Assembly: GCA_025360745.1 (NCBI GenBank)
Contig: JANYBP010000043.1
Location: forward strand, 10,455-74,454
Source: a bacterium
GTDB taxonomy: Bacteria > Verrucomicrobiota > Kiritimatiellia > CAIKKV01 > CAIYGI01
Length of the DNA stretch: 64,000 bases
Direction of reading: 5' to 3'
Position 1 is the stretch's first letter, and each line of letters opens with the position of its first letter. Positions 1-9,581 of this stretch are shown here, piece by piece. A model generated the notes under the pieces. It ran no database searches and was not told the origin of the DNA. It saw only the letters and a program-made list of their open reading frames with translations. The translations under genes were made by a program, and so were the position numbers.

Positions 1-424
1 CTTGCGCAAAAACGCGAACGCAAGGCTGCCTGAATCATGGCTGGAGCAATGATGCACACTTCCCGGGCGGAACGCAAACCGCGTCATCGGTGACGCGGTG
101 GAAGGGCAAGGCGGGGCGCTCGCGCCGAGAGCGCCGTCTTCGATCGCATACACCCGCCCGTCTGTTTCATCCCATGCACGGCGGTCTCGGCGAGGCCGCC
201 CTACCCTATTGATTAGACGCGCGCCGATTCGACTTGACGAAGGGATGCGTCTGCTTGAGCATCGTTGCCGTGACGGGCGACGTCAGACTCAGGATGATTT
301 CTGTCTCCAGGTAGGGTTTTACCCCACTTGGAGCCGATCGATGCGTCATATAGCCTAAACGGGACCAATGGACGATACACAACCGAATCTTTGCCCGCGT
401 TAATCGGCAGCAAAAAGGTGTCCC

Positions 425-1678
425 ATGAAATCCTATCCTATGATCATTCTGGGCGGTGGCGTCGCCGCCGGGTATGCCGCCAAAGAGTTTGTCGCCCGCA
501 ATGGCAAAGCCGGCAAGTTGTTGATCGTCACCGCGGAGAACGAACTGCCCTATGAACGTCCTCCCCTTTCCAAGGGCTTTCTGACCGGCAAGAAGCAGGC
601 CGGCGACATCAGGATTTCCGATGCCGCATTTTACCGCGATCATGGAATCGCCGTCTTCCGCAACTTCCCGGTTAAGAAAATCAACTTTCGCGAGCGTATT
701 CTTGAAGGCCCTTCAGGCCGGATGATCGGCTTCGAGCGGCTGTTGATCGCAACGGGCTCGACAGTGCGGCGTCTGAATTTACGGGGCGAAGGCCAGTCCA
801 AAATCTTATATCTCCGCGGGATCAAGGATTCCCGCACAATATTGGCGAAAATCGAAGCCGGAAAAAGGGCGGTGGTGATCGGCTCCGGCTTCATCGGCAT
901 GGAAGTGGCATCGGTCCTGGCAAGTCAGGGAGTAAATACGACCATGGTATTTCCCGACGATCGCGTCTGGAAACGCCTGTTCACGGCGCCGGTCTCGGCA
1001 TTTTTCGAGGATCAATTTGCCGGCCATGGCGTCGCATTCATGAAAAGCGACAAAGTGGTCGCCGTGAATGCCAAACCGCGCGGCTGTCAGGTAGTTTTGG
1101 CGTCGGGAAGCACGCTGGACGCGGACTTCGTGGTGGCCGGCATCGGCGTGGCGCCGGCGTTGGAACTCTTTCGACGAACAGCGCTGGAGATGCGGGACGG
1201 CATCACGGTCAACGAATTCCTCGAAACCAGCGTTCCGGAGGTATGGGCGGCCGGCGATGTCGCCAGTTATCCCGATCGCGCATTTCAACGCCGTCTGCGC
1301 GTCGAACACTGGGATAACGCCGTGGAACAGGGCCGGGTGGCGATGCGCAACATGATGGGCGCGGATCAACCGTTCATTCACGCCCCCTATTTTTTCTCCG
1401 ATGTGTTCGACCTTTCCTACGAATTCTGGGGGAACACCGGCGGCCACGATCGGGTCGTTTATCGCGGCCGCCCGGATCGAAAACAGTTGAGCGTCTGGTG
1501 GTTTAAGCGGCGCTCGCTTTGCGCCGCTTTGATCATGAACCGTCCGCAAGAGGAACGCGAGTTCGCGTCCCGCTGGATTTTGCGGCGCGCTCAATTGGAT
1601 CCGCAAGCGCTGCAACGCGCCCGCAACCTGAAATCGCTCGACGCCACCTTTGGACAACAGGCTTGTTTCAAACCATGA
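425..1678 (+). CDS. FAD/NAD(P)-dependent pyridine nucleotide-disulfide oxidoreductase (ferredoxin/rubredoxin-reductase or AIF-like)
   Basis: N-terminal Rossmann dinucleotide motif MIILGGGVAAGYAAKE and second motif VVIGSGFIGMEVA. Ends ...AAGDVASYPD. Stop overlaps next start (ATGA at 1675-1678). Confidence 0.8.
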   Translation: MKSYPMIILGGGVAAGYAAKEFVARNGKAGKLLIVTAENELPYERPPLSKGFLTGKKQAGDIRISDAAFYRDHGIAVFRNFPVKKINFRERILEGPSGRMIGFERLLIATGSTVRRLNLRGEGQSKILYLRGIKDSRTILAKIEAGKRAVVIGSGFIGMEVASVLASQGVNTTMVFPDDRVWKRLFTAPVSAFFEDQFAGHGVAFMKSDKVVAVNAKPRGCQVVLASGSTLDADFVVAGIGVAPALELFRRTALEMRDGITVNEFLETSVPEVWAAGDVASYPDRAFQRRLRVEHWDNAVEQGRVAMRNMMGADQPFIHAPYFFSDVFDLSYEFWGNTGGHDRVVYRGRPDRKQLSVWWFKRRSLCAALIMNRPQEEREFASRWILRRAQLDPQALQRARNLKSLDATFGQQACFKP

Positions 1679-3018
1679 AAATCACCGATAAGTTCGGCAT
1701 CCCGAAAATGATGACGACCTGCACGGAAACCTTCGGGTTCAGCCGTAAAGTCGCCGCCGCCGCCTTGATTTTCGTCGCGGCATTTATACTGACGCTGGTT
1801 ATCGAATTCATCCGTTTCGCGCCCCCGCGCGGCATCGTCATCACGAGCGGACCGGAGGGCAGCATCTTTAACTCGAATGCCGTCAAATATGCCGCGATTC
1901 TTGCGCGCCACGGCGTGACCTTGAAGATATTGCCGTCGCAGGGGTCGGCGGAGAATCTGGCGCGGCTGGGCGATCCCGCCGGTCGTGTCGACATCGGCTT
2001 CGTTCAAGGCGGTGTCACCAACGCCGCAAATACGGCGGAACTGGTTTCGCTCGGGAGCGTCTTTTACCAACCCATCCTGGTGTTCTATCGCGGCACGGGA
2101 ACCGTCGAATTGCTTTCCGGACTGGCCGGCAAGCGGCTGACCATCGGCTCCGCGGGCAGCGGCACGCGGGAGCTCTCGCTAAAGTTGCTGGCCGCCAACG
2201 GCATCGAACCCGGCGGAAACACGGAGTTGCTGGAGATGGAGGGGGATGCGGCGGCGATGGCGCTGATGGCGGGCATGGTTGACGCCGTGTTCCTGATGGG
2301 CGATTCCGCCTCCGCGCAGGTGATTCGCAAACTGGTGCGGACCGACGGCATTCAGATGTACGATTTTACCCAGGCCGATGCCTATACGCGCCGCATCGTT
2401 TATCTGGACAAGTTGCGGCTTCCGAAGGGCTGTCTGGATTTCGGGAAAAATCTCCCGGCGCATGACATCCAATTGATCGGTCCGACGGTGGAACTGATTG
2501 CGAAACCCGACCTGCATCCGGCCTTGACCTATTTATTACTGGACGCCGCCCGCGAAGTTCACGGTAACGCGACCTTGTTCCATGCCCGCGGTGCGTTCCC
2601 CGCGCTCCTGGAGCGCGAGTTTCCGATCAGCGCCGATGCCCGCCGGTATTTCACCACGGGCAAGAGCTTTTTCTATCGTTTTCTACCGTTCGGACTGGCC
2701 AGTCTGGTGAATCGGATGCTGGTGGTATTTGTGCCGATGCTGGTGTTGCTGATCCCCGGCCTGCGTTTGATCCCGGCGCTATACAAGTGGCGGATCACTC
2801 TGGGCATTTATCGCTGGTATCGGGCGCTGCTGGCCCTGGAACGGGAAATTTTCCGGCAGGACGCCCACCACAAGAAGGATGAATTTTTAAGACGACTGAA
2901 TCAAATCGAAGAAACGGTCAACAAAATGAAAGTGCCGGCATCTTTTGCCGATCAATTTTACGCGCTGCGCGGGCACATCGCTTTTGTGCGCGGCCGGCTG
3001 CAAAACAACAACCTGTAG
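1675..3018 (+). CDS. TAXI-family TRAP-type periplasmic solute-binding protein with C-terminal hydrophobic/membrane extension
   Basis: N-terminal TM/signal anchor. TAXI-like motifs IVITSGPEGSIF...NLARLGDPAGRVDIGFVQGGV...LTIGSAGSGT. C-terminal approx 110 aa hydrophobic plus charged tail. Start ATG 1675 is translationally coupled to the upstream gene. Confidence 0.7.
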   Translation: MKITDKFGIPKMMTTCTETFGFSRKVAAAALIFVAAFILTLVIEFIRFAPPRGIVITSGPEGSIFNSNAVKYAAILARHGVTLKILPSQGSAENLARLGDPAGRVDIGFVQGGVTNAANTAELVSLGSVFYQPILVFYRGTGTVELLSGLAGKRLTIGSAGSGTRELSLKLLAANGIEPGGNTELLEMEGDAAAMALMAGMVDAVFLMGDSASAQVIRKLVRTDGIQMYDFTQADAYTRRIVYLDKLRLPKGCLDFGKNLPAHDIQLIGPTVELIAKPDLHPALTYLLLDAAREVHGNATLFHARGAFPALLEREFPISADARRYFTTGKSFFYRFLPFGLASLVNRMLVVFVPMLVLLIPGLRLIPALYKWRITLGIYRWYRALLALEREIFRQDAHHKKDEFLRRLNQIEETVNKMKVPASFADQFYALRGHIAFVRGRLQNNNL

Positions 3019-3049
3019 CGCGCGCGGGCGGTGGCTCCGCGGAATTCGC

Positions 3050-4246
3050 TCAATATATCAGACAGCGCCCACGTTCTTCCGCAAAGTTGCGGAGGGCGGG
3101 TGTCCAACTGGCGGCGATGGCGGTGGGGGTATCGCCGGCGAGCAGCGCCTTACGAACCGTGTCGGACCCGAACAGTTTGTCGAAGAATTCAGGACGGCTT
3201 CGCGACGGCTCCCAGACGCGTTCGATACCATACAACTCCTGGAGTGTGTGAAGGATCGAAACGGCGGTCAAAGCGGGCCGAAACTCATGCGGACGGGTGA
3301 CACGCAAACGCACGCCGTCTATTGCAACGTTGTCGGCATACCCAGGATGGCTGGCGTAGCGGCAGGGCCGGAATTCGACGCCCGGCAGCCCCGCGGCCGA
3401 CAAACGGCGGGCAAGTGTTGCGCCCTTTGTCCAGACCGCGCCAAAAACGGAAAAAGGCCGGACGGTTTTACGGCCGTGATCCAGGGCGCCCAACGCTTCG
3501 AAGGCGACCAGCGCGGGATATGCCTGCGCGGCGGACCAGGAGACGATGGCGGGCGAAGGGCGACGCCAGGGCGGCCAGTGCGCGCCGCGCGCGGCGGCGC
3601 GCCGGTATCCGCGCAGTTTCGCGACACGTAACTTCAGCTCAGGCAGATGCCGGCGCTGGAACCAAAGGGCGGTTTCACCGGGTGTCATCCCGTAACTCAG
3701 CGGGACAGCGACGCAGGCAACGAAACTGCGAAAGGCTGGCTCCGTGACGGGGCCATCGAAAACGCGGGGCAGTGGAATCGGCCGATCGGCGACAATGACC
3801 TGCCTGCCCGCGGCCGCCGCGGCTTCCAGCGCGCCGCAAAGCGTGGCGATGTAGGTGTAGCAACGGCAACCCAGATCCTGCAGGTCAACCACCAGCGTAT
3901 CGATCTCCGCCAGCATGGCCGGCGTCGGAGCGCGGGTTGCGCCATAGAGCGAATGGATCGGAATGCGCCAGAGCGGATGCCGCGCGTCGGCGCATTCCAC
4001 CCCCGCCCCAGCCGCGCCGGCGAAACCATGTTCCGGGCCGAAAAGAGCCTTCAGTCGAACTCCTGGCGCATGCCACAGCCGCTCGGCGCTGGTGACGCCA
4101 TCCCTGTCGACCGCCGCCAGATGGCTCACCAGCCCGATGCGCCGCCCGGCCAGCCAGTCGCCGTGATCGGCCAGCAGGGTTTCGATACCGGGTTGAAAAC
4201 CGACGCCCATGGACATGGCCGGAATATGGCACAAGCCGGGAGCCAA
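3050..4246 (-). CDS. DUF1343 family protein (NamZ-like exo-beta-N-acetylmuramidase)
   Basis: Motifs LLADHGDWLAGRRIGLVSHLAAVDRDG and ALFGPEHGFAGAAGAG are typical of DUF1343. True start is uncertain (several in-frame Met). Convergent with the TAXI gene. Confidence 0.75.
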   Translation of the reverse strand: MAPGLCHIPAMSMGVGFQPGIETLLADHGDWLAGRRIGLVSHLAAVDRDGVTSAERLWHAPGVRLKALFGPEHGFAGAAGAGVECADARHPLWRIPIHSLYGATRAPTPAMLAEIDTLVVDLQDLGCRCYTYIATLCGALEAAAAAGRQVIVADRPIPLPRVFDGPVTEPAFRSFVACVAVPLSYGMTPGETALWFQRRHLPELKLRVAKLRGYRRAAARGAHWPPWRRPSPAIVSWSAAQAYPALVAFEALGALDHGRKTVRPFSVFGAVWTKGATLARRLSAAGLPGVEFRPCRYASHPGYADNVAIDGVRLRVTRPHEFRPALTAVSILHTLQELYGIERVWEPSRSRPEFFDKLFGSDTVRKALLAGDTPTAIAASWTPALRNFAEERGRCLIY

Positions 4247-4355
4247 TTCAACCGGCGCTCCAAACCTTCAAATCCGACCGCTTGCATTTAGAGGAGCTCT
4301 TACTCATACTGACGTGACGGCGCCGTGGGACCCATTTCCCGCGCTCGTCGAAAGT

Positions 4356-6218
4356 ATGCGCGAACACGTAGCTCCCGAACGTAGAATTTTTAAATTGAAC
4401 CTGAAGGCCAGCGATCCGCTGGCCAACCGCCTTTTTGCGCTCGTCGGCGCCCAGATCGAGCGGATGCTGTCGCTGCATCATCTCGAAAAGATCTATTCCG
4501 ACATTCTGGATCGCGGCGGCACGAAAGGTTTCCCCGAGAAGGCTCTGGAGGTCTGTAATGTCGGCTACGACATGACCGCGACGGAATGGGAGCGCATTCC
4601 GCGCACAGGACCGGTGATCGTCGTCGCCAATCATCCCTTCGGAGGCATCGAAGGCATCGTTTTGGCCTCCCTGATGCGCTCGGTGCGTCCGGACGTTAAA
4701 TTGCTCTCGAATTATCTGCTGCGCCGCATTCCCGAGATGCGCGAACTCATGATCGCCGTGGATCCCTTCGGCAGCGAGACGGCGACGCGCACGAACATCC
4801 GCCCGATGAAGGAGGCGATCAAATGGTTGCGCGAGGGACACATGCTGGGCGTGTTCCCTTCCGGCGAGGTTTCCCATCTTGACATGCGCGCGCGCTGCAT
4901 TACCGATCCCAAGTGGTCCGATAGTATTGGACGCCTGGCGCAGATCACGGGCGCGCCCGTGCTGCCGATATTCTTCGAGGGGATGAATTCGGTTTTTTTC
5001 CAGATTATGGGTTTGGTGCATCCGCGGTTACGCACCGTCATGCTGCCGAGGGAAATACTGAACAAGGCCAACCGTACGATCAAAATCAAGGTGGGGCATG
5101 TGATCCCGCCGGAGAAGCTGGGCGAATTCTCGTCCGGCGCCGAACTGACAGCCTACCTGCGTTTGCGAACCTACCTGCTTTCGAACCGCGCCGGCGCCAA
5201 ACCATCGCGCCGCATGCTTTGGAAGCCGCGCCCGCGCCCGCGGATCGAAGCGCCGCTGAGCCCCGCCGAATCCCCAGCGGCCATGGCGGCCGAAGTCGCG
5301 GCATTGCCGCCCGAGCAGACGCTGGTGAAGAGCAACGAGTTGCGCGTGCTGATCGGCGAAACGCCGCAGATTCCCTGCATTTTGCGCGAAATCGGGCGCC
5401 TGCGCGAAAGCACCTTCCGCACGGTCGGCGAGGGCACAGGACTGTGCACCGATCTGGACGCCTATGACGCCTACTACAGTCACCTCTTCATCTGGAACGA
5501 CACGACGCATGAAGTGGTCGGCGCCTACCGTCTGGGCAGAACCGATGAAATTCTGGCCCGCATGGGCGCCAAGGGCCTCTATACGCGCTCGCTCTTCGTT
5601 TTCAAACCCAGCATGCTCAACCAGTTGAATCCCGCGCTGGAACTCGGCCGCTCGTTCGTGCGCGTCGAGTATCAGAAGAGCTACACGCCATTGCTGCTGC
5701 TCTGGAAGGGACTTGGACACTACATCGGCCTGCATCCGCGCTATGCGATCCTTTTCGGACCGGTCAGCATTTCCAACGACTACCTTTCCTTCTCGCGCTA
5801 CCTGATCGCCGCCTTTCTCAGCGTCAACAACTTCCTGCCCGACCTCTCGCGGCTGGTGCGCGCCCGCAAGCCGCTGCGGCGCAGACGTTTCCGGGGCGGA
5901 CTCGACCCGAACCTGACCAGCGCCATGGTGACCGACCTTGACGATCTGGCCGCGTTGCTGGCGGATATCGAGAGCGACGAAAAAGGCGTGCCGATCCTGC
6001 TCAAGCAGTATCTGCGCCTCGGCGGGCGCATGCTGGGCTTCAATCTCGATCCGAAATTCGGCGATTGCCTCGACGGATTGATCATGGTGGATCTGCGCAA
6101 GACCGAGCCGCGCATGCTGGCGCGCTATCTGGGCAAGCATGACGCCGCCGGTTTGCTGAACTACCACGGCCTGAAGTTGCCGCCCGAACTGTTGCCGGAC
6201 GGCGACCGGCCCGCCTAA
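4356..6218 (+). CDS. Bifunctional acyltransferase, OlsF-like: N-terminal PlsC-type O-acyltransferase plus C-terminal OlsB/hemolysin-like GNAT N-acyltransferase
   Basis: N-terminal half: VIVVANHPFGGIEGIVL ... GVFPSGEVSH (PlsC-like). C-terminal half: HLFIWNDTTHEVVGAYRL ... LELGRSFVRVEYQ (OlsB-family signature). ORF opens at 4209 but overlaps the opposite-strand gene, so ATG 4356 is preferred. Confidence 0.65.
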   Translation: MREHVAPERRIFKLNLKASDPLANRLFALVGAQIERMLSLHHLEKIYSDILDRGGTKGFPEKALEVCNVGYDMTATEWERIPRTGPVIVVANHPFGGIEGIVLASLMRSVRPDVKLLSNYLLRRIPEMRELMIAVDPFGSETATRTNIRPMKEAIKWLREGHMLGVFPSGEVSHLDMRARCITDPKWSDSIGRLAQITGAPVLPIFFEGMNSVFFQIMGLVHPRLRTVMLPREILNKANRTIKIKVGHVIPPEKLGEFSSGAELTAYLRLRTYLLSNRAGAKPSRRMLWKPRPRPRIEAPLSPAESPAAMAAEVAALPPEQTLVKSNELRVLIGETPQIPCILREIGRLRESTFRTVGEGTGLCTDLDAYDAYYSHLFIWNDTTHEVVGAYRLGRTDEILARMGAKGLYTRSLFVFKPSMLNQLNPALELGRSFVRVEYQKSYTPLLLLWKGLGHYIGLHPRYAILFGPVSISNDYLSFSRYLIAAFLSVNNFLPDLSRLVRARKPLRRRRFRGGLDPNLTSAMVTDLDDLAALLADIESDEKGVPILLKQYLRLGGRMLGFNLDPKFGDCLDGLIMVDLRKTEPRMLARYLGKHDAAGLLNYHGLKLPPELLPDGDRPA

Positions 6219-6257
6219 ATGCCGGGAAGCGGAGATTTGGACCGTTAGGAGTAATCC

Positions 6258-7661
6258 ATGAGCATCAGCCTGCGTTTTCTCGGCGCCGCCCAAACCGTCA
6301 CCGGCTCGCGCTATTTGCTCGACACCGGCGCACGCCGCATTCTGGTGGACTGCGGCCTGTATCAGGAACGCGATTTTATGGCGCGGAACTGGGAGCCCTT
6401 CCCCGTGCCGCCCGCGACGATCACAGATGTAATTTTGACCCACGCCCACCTCGATCACTGCGGCTGGCTGCCGGCGCTCGCGCGCCAGGGCTTTCGCGGC
6501 CGCGTGCGCGCCACGGCCGCCACGGCCGATTTGGCCCGCATTTCGCTGCTCGACTCCGCCCGGCTGCAGGAAGAAGACATCGCCTTCAAGCAGGCCCGCC
6601 ATGAGCGCGAAGGACGCATGGGCGCCTACCCTTACACGCCGATGTACACGGTCGCCGATGTCGAGGCCTGCTGCGCCCAGTTCACAGCGGTCGCGAATTT
6701 TGGACCGCTGGACCTAGGCGACGGCGTGGAACTGCGTTTTCGCGAAGCCGGCCACATTCTCGGGGCGGTCTCGGTTGTCCTGCGCGTGGCCAATGGCGGC
6801 GATCCGCGCACGATAGTTTTTTCCGGCGACCTGGGACGCTGGGACAAACCGCTGTTGAAGGACCCGGATCTTTGCCAGGAGGCGGATTATGTGGTTATTG
6901 AGTCCACCTACGGCGACCGCATCCACGAATCTTCGACGGGCATTCAGGAGCGGCTGGCGAATGTTATCTCCGATACGCTGCAGCGCGGCGGAAATCTGCT
7001 GATTCCGACCTTCGCCATCGAGCGGGCGCAGGAAGTGCTTTTTTATTTGAGTCGCCTGCTGCGCGCCAATCGCGTTCCGCACCTGGTAACCTTTCTTGAC
7101 AGTCCGATGGCCATCCAGGTCACAGAACTTTTCGCCAAGTACGGCGCTTCGCTCGATGCCGAGACGAAGCAAATGCTGGCCGAAGGCCATTCGCCGTTCG
7201 AGTTCGCCGGGTTGACGATGGCGCGCACGGTGCCGCAGTCCAAGGCCATCAATCATGTGCACGGCACGGCGGTGATCATGGCCGGCGCCGGAATGTGTAC
7301 CGGCGGACGCATCAAGCACCATCTGGTCAATCACCTCGGCCGGCGCGACAGCACGATCCTATTCGTGGGTTACCAGGCGCAAGGCACGCTCGGCCGTCAG
7401 ATCGCGGAGGGCGACAAGGAAGTCCGCCTCTATGGCCAGACTTACAAAGTGCGCGCCCATGTCGAGCGGATCGAGGGCTTTTCCGGCCACGCCGACCGCG
7501 ACGAACTGCTGCGCTGGCTGGGCGGCGTGAGCAAGCCGCCGCGCCAGGTCTTTGTCACACACGGCGAACCCGCCGCCGCCACGGCATTTTCCGCGGCGAT
7601 CGGCGCCGCGCGCGGCTGGCCTGTTTCGGTCCCCGCCTATGGCGACACCGCAACTCTTTAA
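6258..7661 (+). CDS. MBL-fold metallo-hydrolase, beta-CASP RNA-metabolising family
   Basis: HAHLDHCG metallo-beta-lactamase motif plus beta-CASP/RMMBL C-terminal region (FSGHADRDELLRW). Confidence 0.8.
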   Translation: MSISLRFLGAAQTVTGSRYLLDTGARRILVDCGLYQERDFMARNWEPFPVPPATITDVILTHAHLDHCGWLPALARQGFRGRVRATAATADLARISLLDSARLQEEDIAFKQARHEREGRMGAYPYTPMYTVADVEACCAQFTAVANFGPLDLGDGVELRFREAGHILGAVSVVLRVANGGDPRTIVFSGDLGRWDKPLLKDPDLCQEADYVVIESTYGDRIHESSTGIQERLANVISDTLQRGGNLLIPTFAIERAQEVLFYLSRLLRANRVPHLVTFLDSPMAIQVTELFAKYGASLDAETKQMLAEGHSPFEFAGLTMARTVPQSKAINHVHGTAVIMAGAGMCTGGRIKHHLVNHLGRRDSTILFVGYQAQGTLGRQIAEGDKEVRLYGQTYKVRAHVERIEGFSGHADRDELLRWLGGVSKPPRQVFVTHGEPAAATAFSAAIGAARGWPVSVPAYGDTATL

Positions 7662-8716
7662 CAATTCTGCCGCGGTCGGCGCTCCGGTCCGGAGCATAAC
7701 ACCAGATCCACCGCTCGTTCGCATTTCAAGCAGGCGCCGGAGCGAATTCCGGTCATTTCGGTCCGATATCCGCTCCGCCTCACCAGCGTGGCGCCGCAGG
7801 CGGGACAGATTGTGTCGTGGCCCCCGCCGGTTGCGACGTTGCCCACATAGACATAGGTCAATTTTGCGCGACAGCGTACCTGTGCGTCCATCAGCGTGCT
7901 GGCCGACGTGGGCGGTTCAGAGGCGCGGAAGTCGGGATGATAGGCGCTCAGGTGCAAAGGCGTCTTTGGCCCCAATGTTTCCGCCACCCAGTCCGCCAGG
8001 CGGTCGAAAAGTTCCGGACGGTCGTTTAGTCCGGGAATCACGAGGTTCGTGAGTTCCAAATGGCATCCCGCCGTTCGAGCCTGGCGACAGAAACGCAGCA
8101 CCGGTTCCAGGGTGGCGTGGCATTGTTGCCGGTAAAATGTCTCCTCCATGCTCTTGACGTCCACATTGAGCGCATCCAATAGCGGCAGCAACTCGGCGGC
8201 GGGTTCCTGCTCGACGTAACCATTCGTCACCAACACGTTCTTGAGTCCCGCCTGCCGGGCCAGCCTGGCGCAGTCGCGAACGAATTCGAAGCCCGTCAGC
8301 GGTTCATTGTAGGTGTAGGCGATCATCCGGCAACCGGATGCCTGCGCATCGGCGACGACCGCAGACGGGGTTGATCTTGACGATATGCCGGGGGGAAACT
8401 GCTGCGAAATCTCCCAGTTCTGGCAAAATGCACAGGCAAAGTTGCAGCCCCAACCGCCGATACTGAAAACCGTTTCACCGGGCAGAAAGTGATAAAGCGG
8501 CTTCTTTTCAACGGGATCCACATGCACCGCCGAAAGCGCCCCGTATCCCAACGCGCGCAAGCGCCCCCCGCGCACACCGCGCACATGGCAGCGTCCCGAC
8601 CGGCCCTCGCCGATAACGCAGTGGTGCGGACATAGACGGCACTCGACTCGTCCGTCCGCCAGCGCCAGCGCATACTCCGCCTCCGGTTCCATAACTTGCG
8701 AGGTTTCAGAATTCAT
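7658..8716 (-). CDS. AmmeMemoRadiSam system radical SAM enzyme (AmrS-like)
   Basis: CPHHC...GRC Zn/Fe-S N-terminus. Radical-SAM CNFACAFCQNWEIS (CxxxCxxC-type) motif. Length and architecture typical of AmrS. Confidence 0.8.
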   Translation of the reverse strand: MNSETSQVMEPEAEYALALADGRVECRLCPHHCVIGEGRSGRCHVRGVRGGRLRALGYGALSAVHVDPVEKKPLYHFLPGETVFSIGGWGCNFACAFCQNWEISQQFPPGISSRSTPSAVVADAQASGCRMIAYTYNEPLTGFEFVRDCARLARQAGLKNVLVTNGYVEQEPAAELLPLLDALNVDVKSMEETFYRQQCHATLEPVLRFCRQARTAGCHLELTNLVIPGLNDRPELFDRLADWVAETLGPKTPLHLSAYHPDFRASEPPTSASTLMDAQVRCRAKLTYVYVGNVATGGGHDTICPACGATLVRRSGYRTEMTGIRSGACLKCERAVDLVLCSGPERRPRQNC

Positions 8717-8850
8717 GCCCCACCCTTCGCCTCCACAAATACGCAGATAGGTTGTCAGTCGGTATTCTGTTACACTCTAGGCGAAAAACATGCGCGCGAC
8801 CACACATAACTGACAGTCTTCAGCCTAAGCAGCCTTTTGGAGCATCGTTC

Positions 8851-9555
8851 ATGGCCGATATTCCCGTGCAATGTCCCGCCTGCGGCAATCGGTTCCAAGT
8901 CTCGGAATACGCGGATCGGGATAAATTGCTGTGCGCCAAATGCGGCGCGGCCATTCCGCCGCCGGAACAGCAGGCGGTGACAGCGGAATATCCCGCACCC
9001 AAACTGCGACTTGCCACAGCCCAACCCATCATAACGCCCGTCGTGCCGCCGCCAAGCGCGGAACTGAGCGTTACCCAGGCATGGATGCGCCGCCGGCAGC
9101 AACACGCCAAAAGCAAATCCTCGCGCCGCCATCTATCGCTCCTGACCCGGCTCAATTCCTCCACCTGGTCTAATTGGGCAATTTTCATCCTGCTCGCGGG
9201 GGTCGGCATCTACTTGCGTTTCTTTGCGCCGATGTCCGCCGCATTGCATGGCGAGTTGCGTTACTGGGGCGCCATGGCGCTGCTGGCCTGTCACATCACG
9301 ATCGTCATTTCGGCGTTTTCGGACGAGACATTTCAAGGCATACTGTGTCTGCTGGTTCCAGTCTATTCGCTGTATTATCTTTACAGTTTATCCGACGAAC
9401 ATTTTTTGCGCGCCATCATGGCGGCCCTGGCCCTGGCCTTCGGTATGGATGCCTGGCAGTATTTGAACGCCATTACCAACGATGTCTTCGACGGCGTCAA
9501 TCGCTGGATGCAGGCCGGCGGCGATACGAGCAATCAACGCATTTACGGGCGCTGA
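8851..9555 (+). CDS. Zinc-ribbon domain membrane protein (hypothetical)
   Basis: CPACGNRF...CAKCGA zinc ribbon followed by Pro-rich linker and 3-4 TM helices. ATG 8851 is preceded by GGAG. Confidence 0.6.
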   Translation: MADIPVQCPACGNRFQVSEYADRDKLLCAKCGAAIPPPEQQAVTAEYPAPKLRLATAQPIITPVVPPPSAELSVTQAWMRRRQQHAKSKSSRRHLSLLTRLNSSTWSNWAIFILLAGVGIYLRFFAPMSAALHGELRYWGAMALLACHITIVISAFSDETFQGILCLLVPVYSLYYLYSLSDEHFLRAIMAALALAFGMDAWQYLNAITNDVFDGVNRWMQAGGDTSNQRIYGR

Positions 9556-9581
9556 GCTGGAGGGTGGAAGGTGGGCCAGTT

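Noticed and set aside
98-643. Short ORFs in the first 650 nt (98..358, 206..643, 213..413, 328..555)
   Set aside because: Mutually overlapping, no motifs. Region reads as an untranslated leader upstream of the oxidoreductase gene.
5028-6602. 524-aa ORF antisense to the OlsF-like gene
   Set aside because: Low-complexity Ala/Arg/Gly-rich translation typical of antisense frames in high-GC DNA. No motifs. Fully overlaps a well-supported gene.
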